A stretch of DNA of 64,000 bases from Podarcis pityusensis. Lineage: Eukaryota. A program made the translations under genes and the position numbers. Below, piece by piece: positions 12,701-27,169 of the stretch. The stretch lies in NCBI GenBank assembly GCA_964106645.2, contig OZ067049.1; one strand, given 5' to 3'. The stretch's first letter is position 1, and each line of letters begins with the position of its first letter. Under the pieces are notes generated by a model. The model ran no database searches. It was not told where the DNA came from and was given only the letters and a program-made list of their open reading frames with translations.

Positions 12701-13687
12701 ACCAAAGGAGGCCTTGAGCATTAGCAATTATATTTGCTTGGCAAATTATTTTCAGTTGCATGACTGCAGCAGTCGGTAAAGGTCAAGAAGTTTGAACAGT
12801 GGGATTAGAAATCATCCTCATTGATTAGTTTGTTCAAACATCTTAAAAATTCACAGTAATGTAGATTGTGCTTCAAGAAAGCAAGGCTACCTCACAGAGT
12901 CATTGTTGAGACACACAGCTTTCTTAGAAGACTGGAAGAGCACACTTCACTCTTAGACAATAAAAGGCTTACTTTCAGAGTGTTTAGAAATAGGGATGTA
13001 CAACCATCACTTTTCTTCATCCCAAAGGGCTTAACCCTTTGCAAATGGTCCAAGTGAGCAGACACAAAGGATTGACATTTTTGTGCATACTCTCAAGTGA
13101 CCACATGCAAAACACCTAGCAGGCACTCAAAGCACTCCAGCACATTTGCCAACACCTCCTTCCCCTTACCTGCCTCCTAAGGCCCTCAAAAATATTACCT
13201 GGGGCAGAAGAAAAGGTAGAAGGTGATAGGAAGGCTTATTGGCAGAACACTGTGTCCTCACTGAGGAGGACACTGGGAGTGGGATTGTACATCACAACAT
13301 TGTAATACATCAATTTCTTCCAAGGATTGGGTTATGTCCTATCCAGATGTGCTGGGACATGAACTTCCAGTGCCCTCTTTAGTGTAGATGTCTCTCCCTT
13401 CTTCTGTCCCTGGTAGGTTTGGGGACCATTGAGAGGGCAGGGAAGATGGAGATGGAAGTGGCAATCAAACAGAGGCACTATTTTTTTTCACTTTTATGAT
13501 CCCCTCATTTTGATTATCCATAGCATCTTTGTGTAAAAATATGAATTGCTTGCCCTCAAAGAATCGGCCACATCTGGCACTTCTTCTGTTTCTGGATTGG
13601 CTTCATGCAGAGATGCAGCAGACAGCACTTTCTAATGGAGGTTATGGTTCCACTGCATCTTCTCATTGAGTTAAATTCCATTGGGAG

Positions 13688-13815
13688 AGCCATGTTTGTC
13701 TGTTGCAGCAAACACACACAAAAAAGGAGTCTTGTGACACCTTGAAGACAAAATAGATTTACTGTGACATAAGCTTTTGTAGATTTGACTGCATTTCCTC
13801 AGAATGCTTGAAGTG
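13688..13815. mobile_element. Penelope-like element terminal-repeat fragment (degenerate)
   Basis: agccatgtttgtctgttgcagcaaa...ggagtcttgtgacaccttgaagac...gacataagcttttgt...tcctcaga follows the reptile Penelope pLTR pattern as I recall it; not aligned. Confidence 0.55.
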
Positions 13816-13858
13816 TGAGTTGGCACAGGGGAGAAAAGTGTGAAGCCTTGGGAATAAT

Positions 13859-14021
13859 TAGGAAGCTGCCTTATACAAGTTCAGACTATTTGTTCACCTA
13901 GACCAATATATCTGATTGGCTGTATTTCTCCAGGGTCTTAAGCAGAAGTTTTCCCCTCACCTGCTACCCAATCTGTTTTAGCGATACTAGGGACTAAACC
14001 ATGTGCTCCATCACTGAGCTT
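13859..14021 (-). mobile_element. Degenerate tRNA-derived squamate SINE (Squam2-like)
   Basis: ggaagctgccttatac...cagactatt...cacctag tail end and reverse A-box cactgagct; related copy at 60022-60198. Confidence 0.5.
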
Positions 14022-14129
14022 TGGTTTCATCTCATAGTTAAGTGGCTTGTAATTAAATTATTATCCAAGTACTCAAAATACAGAAAAGTGACAGAATGCA
14101 CCCCAGTGAAGGTTCACTGGAAAAAAAGG

Positions 14130-14432
14130 CAAATATCTAAAGGGCTGTCACATGGAAGATGGAGCAACCTTGTTTTCTCCTGCTCTGGAGGGCAGGATCC
14201 AAACCAACATATCCAAATTACAGGGAAGAAGATTCTTCCTAAACATCAAGAAGAACTTTCTGATGGTAAGAGCTGTTCAACAGTGGAGCAGACACCCTCA
14301 GACGGTGGTGGACTCTCCTTCATTGGAGGTTTTTAAGCAGAGGTTGGACGGCCATCTAAAATGGAGATTCCTGCATTGTAGAGAGTTGAACTAGATGACC
14401 ACTGGGGTCCCTTCCAATATTCTATGAATCTT
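14130..14432 (+). mobile_element. CR1 LINE 3' end
   Basis: KYLKGCHMEDGATLFS...KLQGRRFFLNIKKNFLMVRAVQQWS..P..VVDSPSLEVFKQRLDGHL is the CR1 ORF2 C-terminus; followed by the CR1 3' UTR and attctatga tail. Confidence 0.92.
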
Positions 14433-15390
14433 ACAGAGAGGGAGTGCACTGCATCTTCTGGGTGTGACCAGTTTGGGAGCCTTTGGTCTATTTTGCCATG
14501 CCTATTTTGCCATGGCTTTCAGATTAGCAATTATCAGACTGTTGGGCTCATTTATATTTCTATTTGTCCTGTGATTTCTTCTAAACATCAGTCTGATTGA
14601 CATTTGTTCTCATTCACGAGTAAACAGTGGGTTTCCCCAAGGAAATTGGTGGGACAAATCAAAACCTCTTGGACAAGCCCTAAGCCCAAGCATTGCTCAT
14701 TTCAATTAGATGTGTCCTGCAGAAAACAGGAGGGCCTCATTCATCAATTGCCTTCTTTTGAATATTACTTTAGTAGTGACATTCAGTAGGTGTGGATACT
14801 CAGAGCATTCCTTTTTATTGTGCCATGAAATATGGCAAATATTGCGACTGTATTATGTATAAGAAAGTGTTTTGCAGAAAAATGTTATTACTGAATACAG
14901 TGGCAAAGGTCTGAAGCTTTTTGTTTTAATGCTGCCAATACAAACAGCCCTAAAATACCAACTACCTGACCCTGTTGAATGAATTATTGGCATTGTGGAA
15001 AGCCTCACTTCTCTCAGGTCTCCCAGGTGTTTTTGCATATGATCGCAGCCTAAGACTTTTATGATAATGAAGAATTAGATAGCCTTTCTCCATTTCTTTT
15101 TTTTGGCAGTTGGTGCCAGGGAAACTAGCTTCCCCTTTTATCTTTTTAAACATTTCTTTAATTGAGAATTTATTTTAAAAGATTAAACTAACATAAAATA
15201 AAAATGGCATCCATGAATATTCAACATAAAACTTTTTGAGATACTTTGCTGCTACTAGTCTGAGGTCATATAGCTCCCAGCTTCTAGAGTTCATAATGGG
15301 TTAGCTACTGCTGTTCATTTAAGACCCACGTCGGACCCTGTGAGGAATGGGGCTGTAGATACTATGAGGTGACTGAAATGCGTTTGCACA

Positions 15391-15434
<44 letters not shown>
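15391..15434 (+). repeat. (ATT)n microsatellite just upstream of the CpG island
   Basis: Directly visible tandem repeat. Confidence 0.95.
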
Positions 15435-15436
<2 letters not shown>

Positions 15437-15479
15437 TTGTTATTGTTTTGCTGTTTCACATGGTCTAGGGTGTGAGCTC

Positions 15480-16525
<1,046 letters not shown>

Positions 16526-16704
16526 TGATTTTTATTGTATTTTTTTTTTAAAAAAGATCTCTTTAAAAGCTTAATTCCGGTATGCCAGGTTGTGTATTGG
16601 CTGGGCAGCTGTTGTCTGAGGTTACTGAATGAAGTCTATATCCGTCCGATTAATGAATGAGTTTATTACGGCAGCCGGGAGAAAAAAGGGAGAAAGGTTA
16701 GCTT

Positions 16705-16725
16705 TTCAGGACCCTGGACAGATCC
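16705..16725 (+). promoter_or_regulatory. Candidate RE1/NRSE (REST-binding) element
   Basis: TTCAGGACCCTGGACAGATCC versus consensus TTCAGCACCACGGACAGCGCC: 16/21, both half-sites, canonical 2-nt spacer. Confidence 0.55.
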
Positions 16726-18799
16726 AATCGTTCTCACCCAGAAGTATAATCCTAGATTTCTCTCTGAAGGGTTGCGTGCGTCCCTGATGGCCTGTTTTTC
16801 CTTTTTTTAACGTTCCAGCTGTTCCTTGTGTTTGTGTGTGTGTTTAAAAAGGAAAAGAAAACCCAGTTAGAATACAATTTCCCTCCCTTCACAGAACACA
16901 CATGGTCTTCCTGCTGCTTCTGTTAATCCCTGTTCAATGGTTCCCTTGTGATATATTGTATTCACATAGTAGGGGTGTGTGTGTTTGTGTATGGGGTGTG
17001 TGTATGTATAATTGAACACATGCACATGCGACAACACACACACACAAATACACACCACCTGAAGGATTGATCCTGTTGGTAGACTTTCTTTTTTGGAAGA
17101 ATTGATAGAGGTAGAACTATTTAAATATTTAAATAAAAGGAGTACATAAGGATCATTCAGCAAAAGTTTATTAGCAGTGGGAGAATGTCAGTATTTCTGT
17201 GAAGTCTGTAGCTGCTTTTAGGAGGATTACCATGAATCAGTTCTTTAAAGTGTTGACAATTCTTGGTTGTTGCTTCCACCCCACATATCCTATGAATATT
17301 GCGCTAGTCAAGACTCTGGTTCAATGCATCAGGGTGATACAGTTGCATCTTCTTAAATTGTAAGATGTTAATTATAGTCTATAGCTACAGTAATCACTTA
17401 TAATAAATCGTAATGCTGAATTAGACTGTGTCATACTCTGGGACCAGGTTAGTAGGCTTAGATGAAAATGTTAGGCTTTCATTTAGGCATAAATTTTCCA
17501 GTTTTCCAGCTCTATTCTATGTTAGCAATTTCAAGTAATTTCAATTTGAGAAATTAAAAATAAATTAAAAATAAATATCCAGGGCAGGTGCTTCATACTG
17601 GAACATGGAACCAAGTGAAAGCAGAAGGATCCCACCCACCCCATCCCCACCCCCCAAAATATGATGACGTATCTTCTAGGTTGACTTATGTTCAAGCATT
17701 TTTTTAACTATAGAAGTAAAATGTCGTTTTGTTTAGCTGTTTTAAAAAGACCCCTACACCAAACAACTTTTTATATGTAAATGGATGAAGAAATACACCC
17801 ACCCTTGAGCTCAGTTGGACTTTTGATTTTTGGACTTCTAGAGGAATGCAGGTTACATCACAACCAAGCCAATTTGAAGTACATGTGGGCAAAGTATCTA
17901 AATTTGGGCTAAATACAGCACTCTGTTGGGTTGTGGTAAAAGCTGCCAATCTTTCCTCAAACAAATTTCAATGTTATAATGTTATGTTCAAAGATGGCAC
18001 ATGACTGAGTCAAGACATGCACTTGCTTAACTCTGTCACTAAAATCAATGAGACGGATAAATACTCATTTTTAATAGACCATGTCCTTAAATATTGCACA
18101 GTACAATTTCCATAAACTATTTTGTCCTGCAGACCCCTTTGAAAGTGATATTACGGTGTTATAAATGTTGAGCCCATGTTTTAACATAGCAACACTGACT
18201 GTAGCTAACGTAGCTCCTTTTATTCTAAATCTTTGGGGAGGATATATTTTGTTGTCATCAGTAAGACTCTTATCCAGCAATACATCTTTAATCCTGTGGA
18301 GAATTAATTCTAATTCTGGGCAACAGTACAGGAAAGGATTCCTGATCATGTTGGGAAATATGTTCTGATTTATAAAGCACTCTCATTAAAGCATACTTTT
18401 TTTTTTATCTATTTCATCTTTAATCATTGAAGTTTACATGTGACAGAGAATCTTGGCAGATTGAATCACCTCAAGTAAAAAAGAAAACTTTGCTTGGGTC
18501 TTTATATGCTTGTACTTAAGCAATTTAGAGGGAGGCAAATTTCATCAACTGAAGTGTCTCCATAATAGTCTTCTAAGGGTCTTCTCTCAAACAGTGGCCA
18601 GAATTTGACTGGGAAGTTCACAAGCAGGGAATGATGTTTGCAATAGTGACAGGCAACCACATTTCTCTCTACTTTTGCTTAGGAACACAATGCAGTTTGG
18701 ATTTTAATTGAGAATTATTTGTACATTTTCATGATTTCCCAAACTGCATTCATGGTACACATGAATAACATGTGCAATATTGTTATTCAGTGTCACAAT

Positions 18800-18965
18800 G
18801 GCTAGGTTGAAGTATGCCTCTGAATACCACTTGCTGGGAATCAGAACTGGGCCAAGAGCTGCTGCATTGGGGTCCTGCATGCAGGCTTCCCATAAGGCAT
18901 TTGGCTGACCAGTGTGAGAAGAGGATGCTGGACTAGATGCTGCCATGCTCATCTAATGTTTTTAT
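18800..18965 (+). mobile_element. Old CR1-type 3' end (second family)
   Basis: ggcatttggctgaccagtgtgagaagaggatgctggactagatg...ctaatgttttatg motif. Confidence 0.5.
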
Positions 18966-21900
18966 GCAGTTCCGTCACTCACCAAGTGCTACACCTGAGC
19001 AGTAGCATACATATCTCTCCAGATAATATTGGGAATTGGTGTGGAAAGGAGCATACTAGTCCTGTTGGAGGCACTGCTGTTATGGCAATCACTGAACACT
19101 GTTAAAGAGGAGAAATAGGTTGTATTTCATCACTAGCATTTGTTCTGCAGTACAGTGGGTCCCTGTATAATGTTAATGATAAATGCTTAAGCGTTTAGAC
19201 AAACATTATGAATTGAAACACCCCCTTTTCAAACTGATGGTTGCAGTTGACAAGAGACACAAAAATACAATTTAGGATGTCTTGATTGAAATTAACTCCC
19301 TTCCCCAGTGTTGTGTGATTCAGAAAAGAGCAGATCTCGAATATTGGTCTCACTTGTAGCAAATGAAAGCAGCTGGGATATCAGCACAGTTGGCTATCTG
19401 AAGTGAAATTACTGAATAAATAAAGACTCATGGATTGGTTTGGATATTACCCTTCTGGAAGTATGCTACATTTGCTTCATTACTGGCTATTACCAGCAGT
19501 TTATATGAATTTAAGTAGCCTTAAAGTACTCAAGCTGTAATCTTACACGTTTTACTTTAAAGTGCTCTTGTTTTTAATAGATGTTTTTATCTAAGAAAGT
19601 GTGCTTAGAATCGTAGCCTAATGCACTAACTTGGAAGTAAGCCACCTTAGAATCAATGGTACTTATACTGGAGTAAACATGATTGCTTACGATGGGGTTG
19701 CAAATCTTCAGGAGCACATTTTGAAATGCAAGTAACGAAGAAGTGGGGCAGCCTGAAGTCCCAAGGCCATATGCAGCTGTCAGCCAAATTCTATGTGAGT
19801 TGCCAGGAGTGAAATAATGGGTGGAAGGGGTGGTAGAAGAAAGACAGAGAATGAGAGAGTGACTACCCACTTTTAGTTCTAGCCCACTAGTGGCTCCACC
19901 CATGTCCACCACCAGTATGCAGCTCTTGAAAAGTTACTTTAAGGAAATCTGACTACTGAAGGAAAAAAGTTTCCTCACCAGTGACATAATGGATGGGAAT
20001 GCTGCAATGACTTCTTGATCCTCTTCAAACCTTTGTGGGACCCCCATGCTTTCCCCATTTCTATGGCAGCTGGGGTATAGCTTCCATCTCCCCAAGGACA
20101 GCAGCTTTTGTACTCATTGGCCCATTGGCGGGGTGATGTACTTCCAGGGTGCTGCACCACCATCTATCTTATCTGGCTGTGGCTATCTTGCCATTGCCTT
20201 CTTGAGGGATAACCTGTTGGACACATTCATTCTGCCTCTTGGCTTTTCCAGGCTGACAAGCAGTCCTTAGACTTCAGCAATTTCTTGAAATCATTGTCAC
20301 CATCCGTTAAGCAAAGTCCCTCTACTAGTTAATTACAAATAAGAGTAGCAGGAGAAAGAGATATGTATTCAGCAGTTCAGGGGCAAAATAGGTAGGTTTT
20401 TTTTGGGGGGGGGAACCACCAGTGATTGCTTTTCTCATAAAAGTTCTGCAGTGAAAAATGATTGTATATTTTTAAAGAAATCCTTTGGATTTAAAGAAAT
20501 CCAAAAAACCTCCCTCCAAACCATAAATCATGAAATTAAGTTACAAAAGCACAATGCAAAAAGAAAAAAGAAAAAAAGGTCTCACTTGTTTATAATGCGG
20601 TACAGAAGAAGCAGCCAACGCAGTGGCCTCCTCATGTTTTGAACCACAACCCTCATCAGCTCCAGCCCACATGACTAATGGTCAGGGACTATAGGAATTG
20701 TAGTCCAACAATATGTTTGCTCCTCTTGGGGTTTAGAGCAAGCTTCTCTAGGAAGTGATTTCTATATTTAGGGCACCAGAGCAAAAAAGGCCCTGCTCAA
20801 TGTGCAGAAATAATTAAATTTATGGACATGTAATAGACAGAGAGGGTTGTATGGGAAAAGGTACTGAGGTACATTGGATTCAGGCCTTCTAAGGCTCTAT
20901 ATCCTATAATCATCACAATGTTGAATGCACCCAGAACTGGACAGGCAACCAGTGTGCTTTGAAAGGTCTTTTCTCTTGCAGATATTTTACATAGTCTTCA
21001 ATGGCTCCTTTTTGTAAAGTGCACACCGAGTTCCATGCGCTCCCATTTGATACTGTTTGGGAGAGTGAGGGCAAAGCAATATATTATCATGTGTAGGAAT
21101 AGCTTACAAGTTCCAGGATGAAATTATTACAAATGTTTAATAAAAGACATATACACCCAGGCCAACAGATTCTGAGAGTAATAAATTTACCTTTACATAA
21201 GAAAAGAAGAAATCTAATAAATTGCAGATACTTCAAGAAGATGAGATTTTGCTGGAAGAAGGTTTATATATGAATTTCAGTTAACTAAGTAAGCTGCAAG
21301 TTCTGTTACTTCTTTCCATTGGAGAAAGAAAAAGATTAAAACAAAACAAGACAAAACCATCATCTCCTGGATTCTGGTTTCCAGCACTAGGTTGCACATT
21401 GATATGCAAGCTTTAAGATAGTTACATTACCAACACTGAGGGACCTATAGCAAATGTTGCAGACCCTGTAAGTTGGATAAGAAGATGTACTGTGCATAGT
21501 TACACTCACATGGCTGGTTCACATGCTGAATATGAAAAAGGAGGGCAAAGAGGCTGAGATAAGATGCAGTTAAGTAGTGGGGAACAAGAGCCTTGGTTGC
21601 TGGAAACGTAAAGTATGACTGTTGCTCTCTAGCAATGATTTAGGGGGGGTCACAGTTTCAAAAGACAAGAATGAAATAATTGTGTTATTTAGTTTAGAGT
21701 GAAATATGACTGTGCAATTTTAAACCAATTTCAAAAACTGGGTTACCCTGAATATATCACTATAAAGGCAGGGAGAAAGGTTTTTTTTAAAAAAAAATCA
21801 ACAGGTCAAACTGTTTGATGACATGATTTTGTTTATCTCCATGTTCGATTCTGCCTTAAGTCCACATCAAGTGTTCCCTTTGAACCTCTTTATGAGGTTC

Positions 21901-22910
21901 CTGTAGCTTTGTTCCTGTCTCTCATCTGCTCCATCCTTTGCTCATCTGTTTGGATGGTATTCAGTTAAGTCTAACTCAGAGTACACCCATTAGTGTTAGT
22001 GAACCTAAGTGAGGCATGCCCGTTAATGTCTATGGATCTGCTCTGAGCAGGATTAGCAGTGAATACAACCCATTGTGGTCAGTTGTTTCCCCTGCCCAGT
22101 CTTACTCTCTTCATGTTTCTGTCAGCATTTTGTTGGGTGGGGGGATAAAGGGGAAAGGAGTTTGTGTAATTGCCTCTTTGAGAAACAGTTTCCCTTTACA
22201 TGGTCTTTCAAGCCCTTTGCTCAAAGAGATGGTTGGGAACTACTGTAACCAGAAAAGGGAGTAGTTGTGTCGTTGCAGGGGAATATGGTGGTGGATTCTA
22301 CATGGTCAGTAAATCTCATTAGATAAACTCTTTTCTGCAGTTGTGATTCAGACATTTTCTAGGCAGTGGTGAGGGCTAGGAACATACTTGTAAAGTAACA
22401 TTCTCAAACTCAGAAATATGAGATACCCAGTTTTGTGCAATGCCGATTTAAAGTAATGATCCGTGTACTGCTTGCAACATTGGTCTGGGCTGCACGCTAG
22501 TTTAAAGTGCATTATGTAATAGTCAGAGAGTGCCCCAACCACTGTTGTTCACGCCATCTTTCTGGCTGTTACAAAATGAAGACCATGGTAGTAAATTAAG
22601 CATGTTAATAATGCATTGGGTAGGGGGCAAAATAATCCCTTCGTTGTAAATCTGTAACCTGCAATGTTCTGAATATACTGCTAGGATATTTCTTTAGTTT
22701 ATTAGATTCAGAGGGCTTGAAAAGAGAATGGAACCCACATTTAATGGAAAAGAAATGTTTTATATTCTGAATAAAATAGGTTACAGCATTTACCTTCTAC
22801 AAATGGGGAAGAATTTTCCAAATACACCTATGATGGGTTTTAGTTTTATGCCTGAACAACTGTACAGTTGGAATATTATTGTTGGAATGTTCCTATTAGG
22901 TAACTGAATT

Positions 22911-23335
22911 CAGGGCCGTCTTAAGCATATCTGGCGCTGTGGTGCAAAGATCCCTCTGGCGCCCCCTCCCTCTTTTTAGGGTGCTGACACCACGCTTACA
23001 CATTATTTCTGATGGGGGGGGAAGGAAACATAAACTTTTTTAGTTGCTCGTTTATTAACAATGCACTTATATATACGACACCACCACATTGATTTTGGCA
23101 GATTTAAGACAAATTATCTTATTATGTAACACCTTGTTTTTAACAATGTTGATTTCTTTTTAAATTCAGAATACCTGCGTTATTCATGTAAAATATTTTG
23201 ATACAGTACATTGTATGGTATGTTTTTTCCTCAAATTCTAAGGTTCTCCTAACACCTTAATCCTTTGCTTTAATAAGGGAGAACTTAAAACAATGTACAA
23301 ATGTATTTTAAAATTATTAAAATTTGAAATCCATT
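22911..23335. mobile_element. hAT-like DNA transposon, one end only
   Basis: Starts cagggccgtcttaag...ggcgccccc (hAT-like terminus) followed by an AT-rich body; no matching opposite TIR found; extent uncertain. Confidence 0.45.
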
Positions 23336-23345
23336 ACATCAAGCC

Positions 23346-23774
23346 CCAGTAGTGATGTATGGAGAGCTGGACCATAAAGAAGGCTGATTGCCGAAGAATT
23401 GATGCTTTTGAATTATGGTGTTGGAGGAGACTCTTGAGAGTCCCATGGACTGCAAGAAGATCAAACCTCTCCATTCTTAATGAAATCAGCCCTGAATGCT
23501 CACTGGAAGAACAGATCCTGAAGCTGAGGCTCCAATACTTTGGCCACCTCATGAGAAGAGAAGACTCCCTGGAAAAGACCTTGATGTTGGGAAAGATTGA
23601 GGGCACAAGGAGAAGGGATGACAGAGGACGAGATGGTTGGACAGTGTTCTCAAAGCTACCAGCATGAGCTTGACCAAACTGTGGGAGGCAGTGGAAGACA
23701 GGAGTGCCTGGCGTGCTCTGGTCCATGGGGTCACGAAGAGTCAGACATGACTAAACGACTAAACAACAACAACA
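23346..23774 (+). mobile_element. 5'-truncated Bov-B LINE
   Basis: ESWTIKKADCRRIDAFELWCWRRLLRVPW...; (CAA)n tail; TSD ACATCAAGCC at 23336-23345 and 23775-23784. Confidence 0.95.
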
Positions 23775-24164
23775 ACATCAAGCCAGCTCTCAAAAAATTA
23801 ACACACACCGTATACTTCAAATATCAGTTAAGAGATTTTGCGTACTATTGGTCAGATAACATTGTTAACATTAGTAGAATTCACAACAACAAAAATGCTT
23901 GCCCCTAGAACATTTCACAGCTTCAGCTACCACAGACTGTCACTGAAAACAATGCATTGGTCAGTCTGAACCATGTCAAGTAAACTATGGAAGTAGCATA
24001 GCCACAAAACAAACTGTGCCAGTACTTTCTTTTCAAGTCTTAATTCCATAATGGGTACAATCTGAGGGAGCCACTACTCCCAGCCTGTGAACAGTAGTGG
24101 AACTTGGCTATCAGACATTTTGAAAATGTGATAGTTTACAGTACATTCTTGCAGCCTGATGCCA

Positions 24165-24230
24165 GGTTCCAGGTATTGCAGTGGGTTGGACTAGATGACC
24201 CATGGGTCCCTTCCAGCTTTACAATTCTAA
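24165..24230 (+). mobile_element. CR1-type 3' tail fragment
   Basis: attgcagtgggttggactagatgacccatgggtcccttccagctttacaattcta. Confidence 0.65.
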
Positions 24231-24359
24231 TATTTAATAAAAGGTCCTTACAACATAATGCAATTTAGTCCCATATGATTAAGCAATTATAAATAAATGA
24301 GCCTCCCCCCCTGAGAATAATGCACTCAGGTAAACTGGTTTGTGCAGATATTTTTGGGT

Positions 24360-24884
24360 AAGATACTTTGGTCATGACAACAGGCTACATCCAACTAAAT
24401 CCTACTTAGGGCAGACCCTTTGAAATTAAAGTTTGGATTTTTAATTCATTTCAGTGAGTCTACTCTGAGTAGGACTAGCATCCGAGGCAAGTGTGTGTGT
24501 GAGGGCAAATGAGGGCTGAGAGCAAATCTAAAAAGGATGGGACAGCTGCATATTCCTGCAATGCAGAGGGTTGGACTAGATGATCCTCAGGGTCCCTTCC
24601 AACCCTACAATATTATAATTCTAGGACAGGAATGTCCAATATGTCAATCTGGTCCCTACCACCCACTAGTGGGCGTTTCAGGATTCTAGGTGGGTGGTAG
24701 GAGATTCTATGGCACAAGGTGAATCCGCCTTCCATCGAGCACTGGTGGGTGGTAAGGAAATTTTACCATCAAGAAAGATGCATTAGTGAACGGCAGGTAT
24801 AAAAGGGTTGATTACTCCTGGTCTAGCCACTACACTGCACTTGTTCTCTGTTTTTTATATTTTGAGCCAGAGTATATTTGTTTA
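24360..24884 (+). repeat. Donor copy of an inverted duplication (partner 48015-48529); includes a CR1-SINE tail (~24537-24623) and a hAT MITE
   Basis: Colinear reverse-complement match from aagatactttggtca... to ...gagccagagtatatttgttt, with scattered substitutions and one 14-nt indel (24550-24563). Confidence 0.95.
24627..24820. mobile_element. hAT-Charlie-type MITE (duplicated at 48079-48272)
   Basis: CAGG...CCTG ends; one terminus reads caggggtaatcaacc in the second copy; flanked by TCTAG-centred 8-mers (ttctagga / gtctagcc). Confidence 0.65.
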
Positions 24885-25238
24885 GGGACACGGGTGGCGC
24901 TGTGGGTTAAACCACAGAGCCTAGGGCTTGCCGATCAGAAGGTCGGCGGTTAAAATCCTCGCAACAGGGTGAGATCCCATTGCTCAGTCCCTGCTCCTGC
25001 CAACCTAGCAGTTCAAACGCACATCAAAGTGCAAGTAGATAAATAGGTACCACTCTGGCAGGAAGGTAAACAGTGTTTCCGTGCGCTGCTCTGGTTCGCC
25101 AGAAGCGGCTTAGTCATGCTGGCCACATGACCCGGAAGCTGTACACTGGCTCCCTTGGCCAATAAAGTGAGATGAGCGCCGTAACCCCAGAGTCGTCTGC
25201 AACTGGACCTAATGGTCAGGGGTCCCTTTACCTTTACC
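24885..25238 (+). mobile_element. Sauria SINE (full length)
   Basis: Head gggacacgggtggcgctgtgggttaaacc; (ACCTTT)n tail; TSD TAT(A/T)TTTGTTTA at 24873-24884 and 25239-25250. Confidence 0.93.
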
Positions 25239-27029
25239 TATTTTTGTTTAGCAGTTGTCAGAAATCTGTTTTGGCTCTAAGTATTGTGAGAGATCAAAAT
25301 AATTTTGGATACCGCCTGCACCGAAGAAGCAAGAAAAAGACATCTCTTAAAATTGTTCCATTTGAATACCATCCTTCATTTGAAAATGCAAAACTGTACA
25401 GGCACGTATCATCTATTTCGGTTAATTGCCATTGTGATTACTGCAGAAAGCATCTACTGTGTTCGTGGCATCAACACTAACTGTAAAGCATCTAAAATGG
25501 AAACAAGTGCTAAAGTGATGGGAAATGGTCTTAAAATGATCTATGTAGGAAAGGGGAAATGGAATCGCTTGACTAGTAACAGCTTCCACAAATGGATGCT
25601 ACTAGTTTGCTAGCTACAAAAACAGTTGCATTCCTATACCATACATTTCCAACTGTATCTTGAAGAGCATCTTTTGGTCAAAGACTTGCTTGTTCTTACT
25701 TCAGTTCATCATCAATAAATTTCACTTTTCCCTGCTTCTGCCAAATTTGCTCTATCTTCTCGTTTAATAATGGAATGTTGGGTGGGTGGGGGGGAATTTG
25801 TTGCTTATGTTTTTATCACCCAGAGATTCATTTTTAAAGAATGAAAGAAGTCCAACATTTTCCTGCTTATCTGGGGTGCGTTATCACAATGCTGTCCTGT
25901 TCTAATAATTTGTTGCTGAAAGAAGGTAAAGCAAAGGGGAAACTTTTAACATATCTCTCCAAAGAGCTGAAACTGACTCTAGAAATCTGAATCACTAGAG
26001 AATAATTTGCTATGCTCCATAAGGGTACATAGCAATAACAGTTTCAGTTAATCACTCGCCATTGAAACCAAGAATTAGAGGCTAATTAGCGGGGTTCTTG
26101 TAAATATAGTTTGTTGTTGTTTTAATAGCATGGCAAAGTTGTCTCTTCTCATGATATGCCTTGGTTAATTCCTTTCAGAGTTGGTTGGTGGTTTTTGTTT
26201 TTTTAAAAAAACACGAAACGTTTCCTGCAAGCCTTAGTCACACAGTGGAAAACACAGCCAACAACTTATTGGGAAAAAAATATAAACCTTGCTATTCTTC
26301 TGGCACGTTGCTACTGTCACCGTTGGGAAATTATGGTACTCAGCCCATTTTGATTTCCTGACAAGAGAATACAGAGTTTCCCCCAAGTTATTTCTGCTTG
26401 CATGTAATTAAAATAGACATAATCATAACAATTACCCACATGACAATATTTTTTTCCTAGAAATTCAGTTAAGGATAAGAATTCATGCAAGGGCAGTCTT
26501 TAGTACTACAGTTGCTAGATTTCCAGTCATTAAAGCTTAACACATTATTGCTGAGCACAGCAAAATGATTATCTTTTAATTTCCAAATTATTGTACTAGT
26601 TTGCGTGGTGGTTCAGTTTTTTACAGTTCATTTACCATGGCTAATCTGCGGCTTCCAGCAACAGTTTGTAAATGGCACAATTAAAAAAGAAGACACAATA
26701 AGAGAATAGATTGCTTTAGAGATTGGTCGCTTGCTGATGCTCAGGCTGGAGAAATATACACCAAGCAAGACTTTCTAGGTGTTAAGTATCTCAGTGCTTC
26801 TGAGTGAGCTCATACCTTTCTGAAAGTGGACTTCAAGCTCTAAATTAGATGCCAGGCAAAGACATTTTTGTTCACTAAGGCCTTTGGTAACTAAGTTGGC
26901 CTCTACAGTGCTTCTCATCATTTAACATGGTGTTGTGGGATTTGTCCCTTTTATTTTGTTACCCTATAAGCATTTTTAGGTGTTTTGTACTGAAAATTGT
27001 TTTAATTTTTTTCTGGCTTTTCATTGTTT

Positions 27030-27128
27030 TTATCTGTTTGTATTTTATCTGTTTTTAATCTGTTGGGAGCTGCCCACAGTGGCTGGGGAAACCCAGCTGG
27101 ATGGGCGGGGTATAAATAATGAGTAAGA

Positions 27129-27169
<41 letters not shown>
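27030..27169 (+). mobile_element. L2 3' terminal fragment with (ATT)n tail
   Basis: tgttgggagctgcccacagtggctggggaaacccagctggatgggcggggtataaat matches the end of 402-826. Confidence 0.8.
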
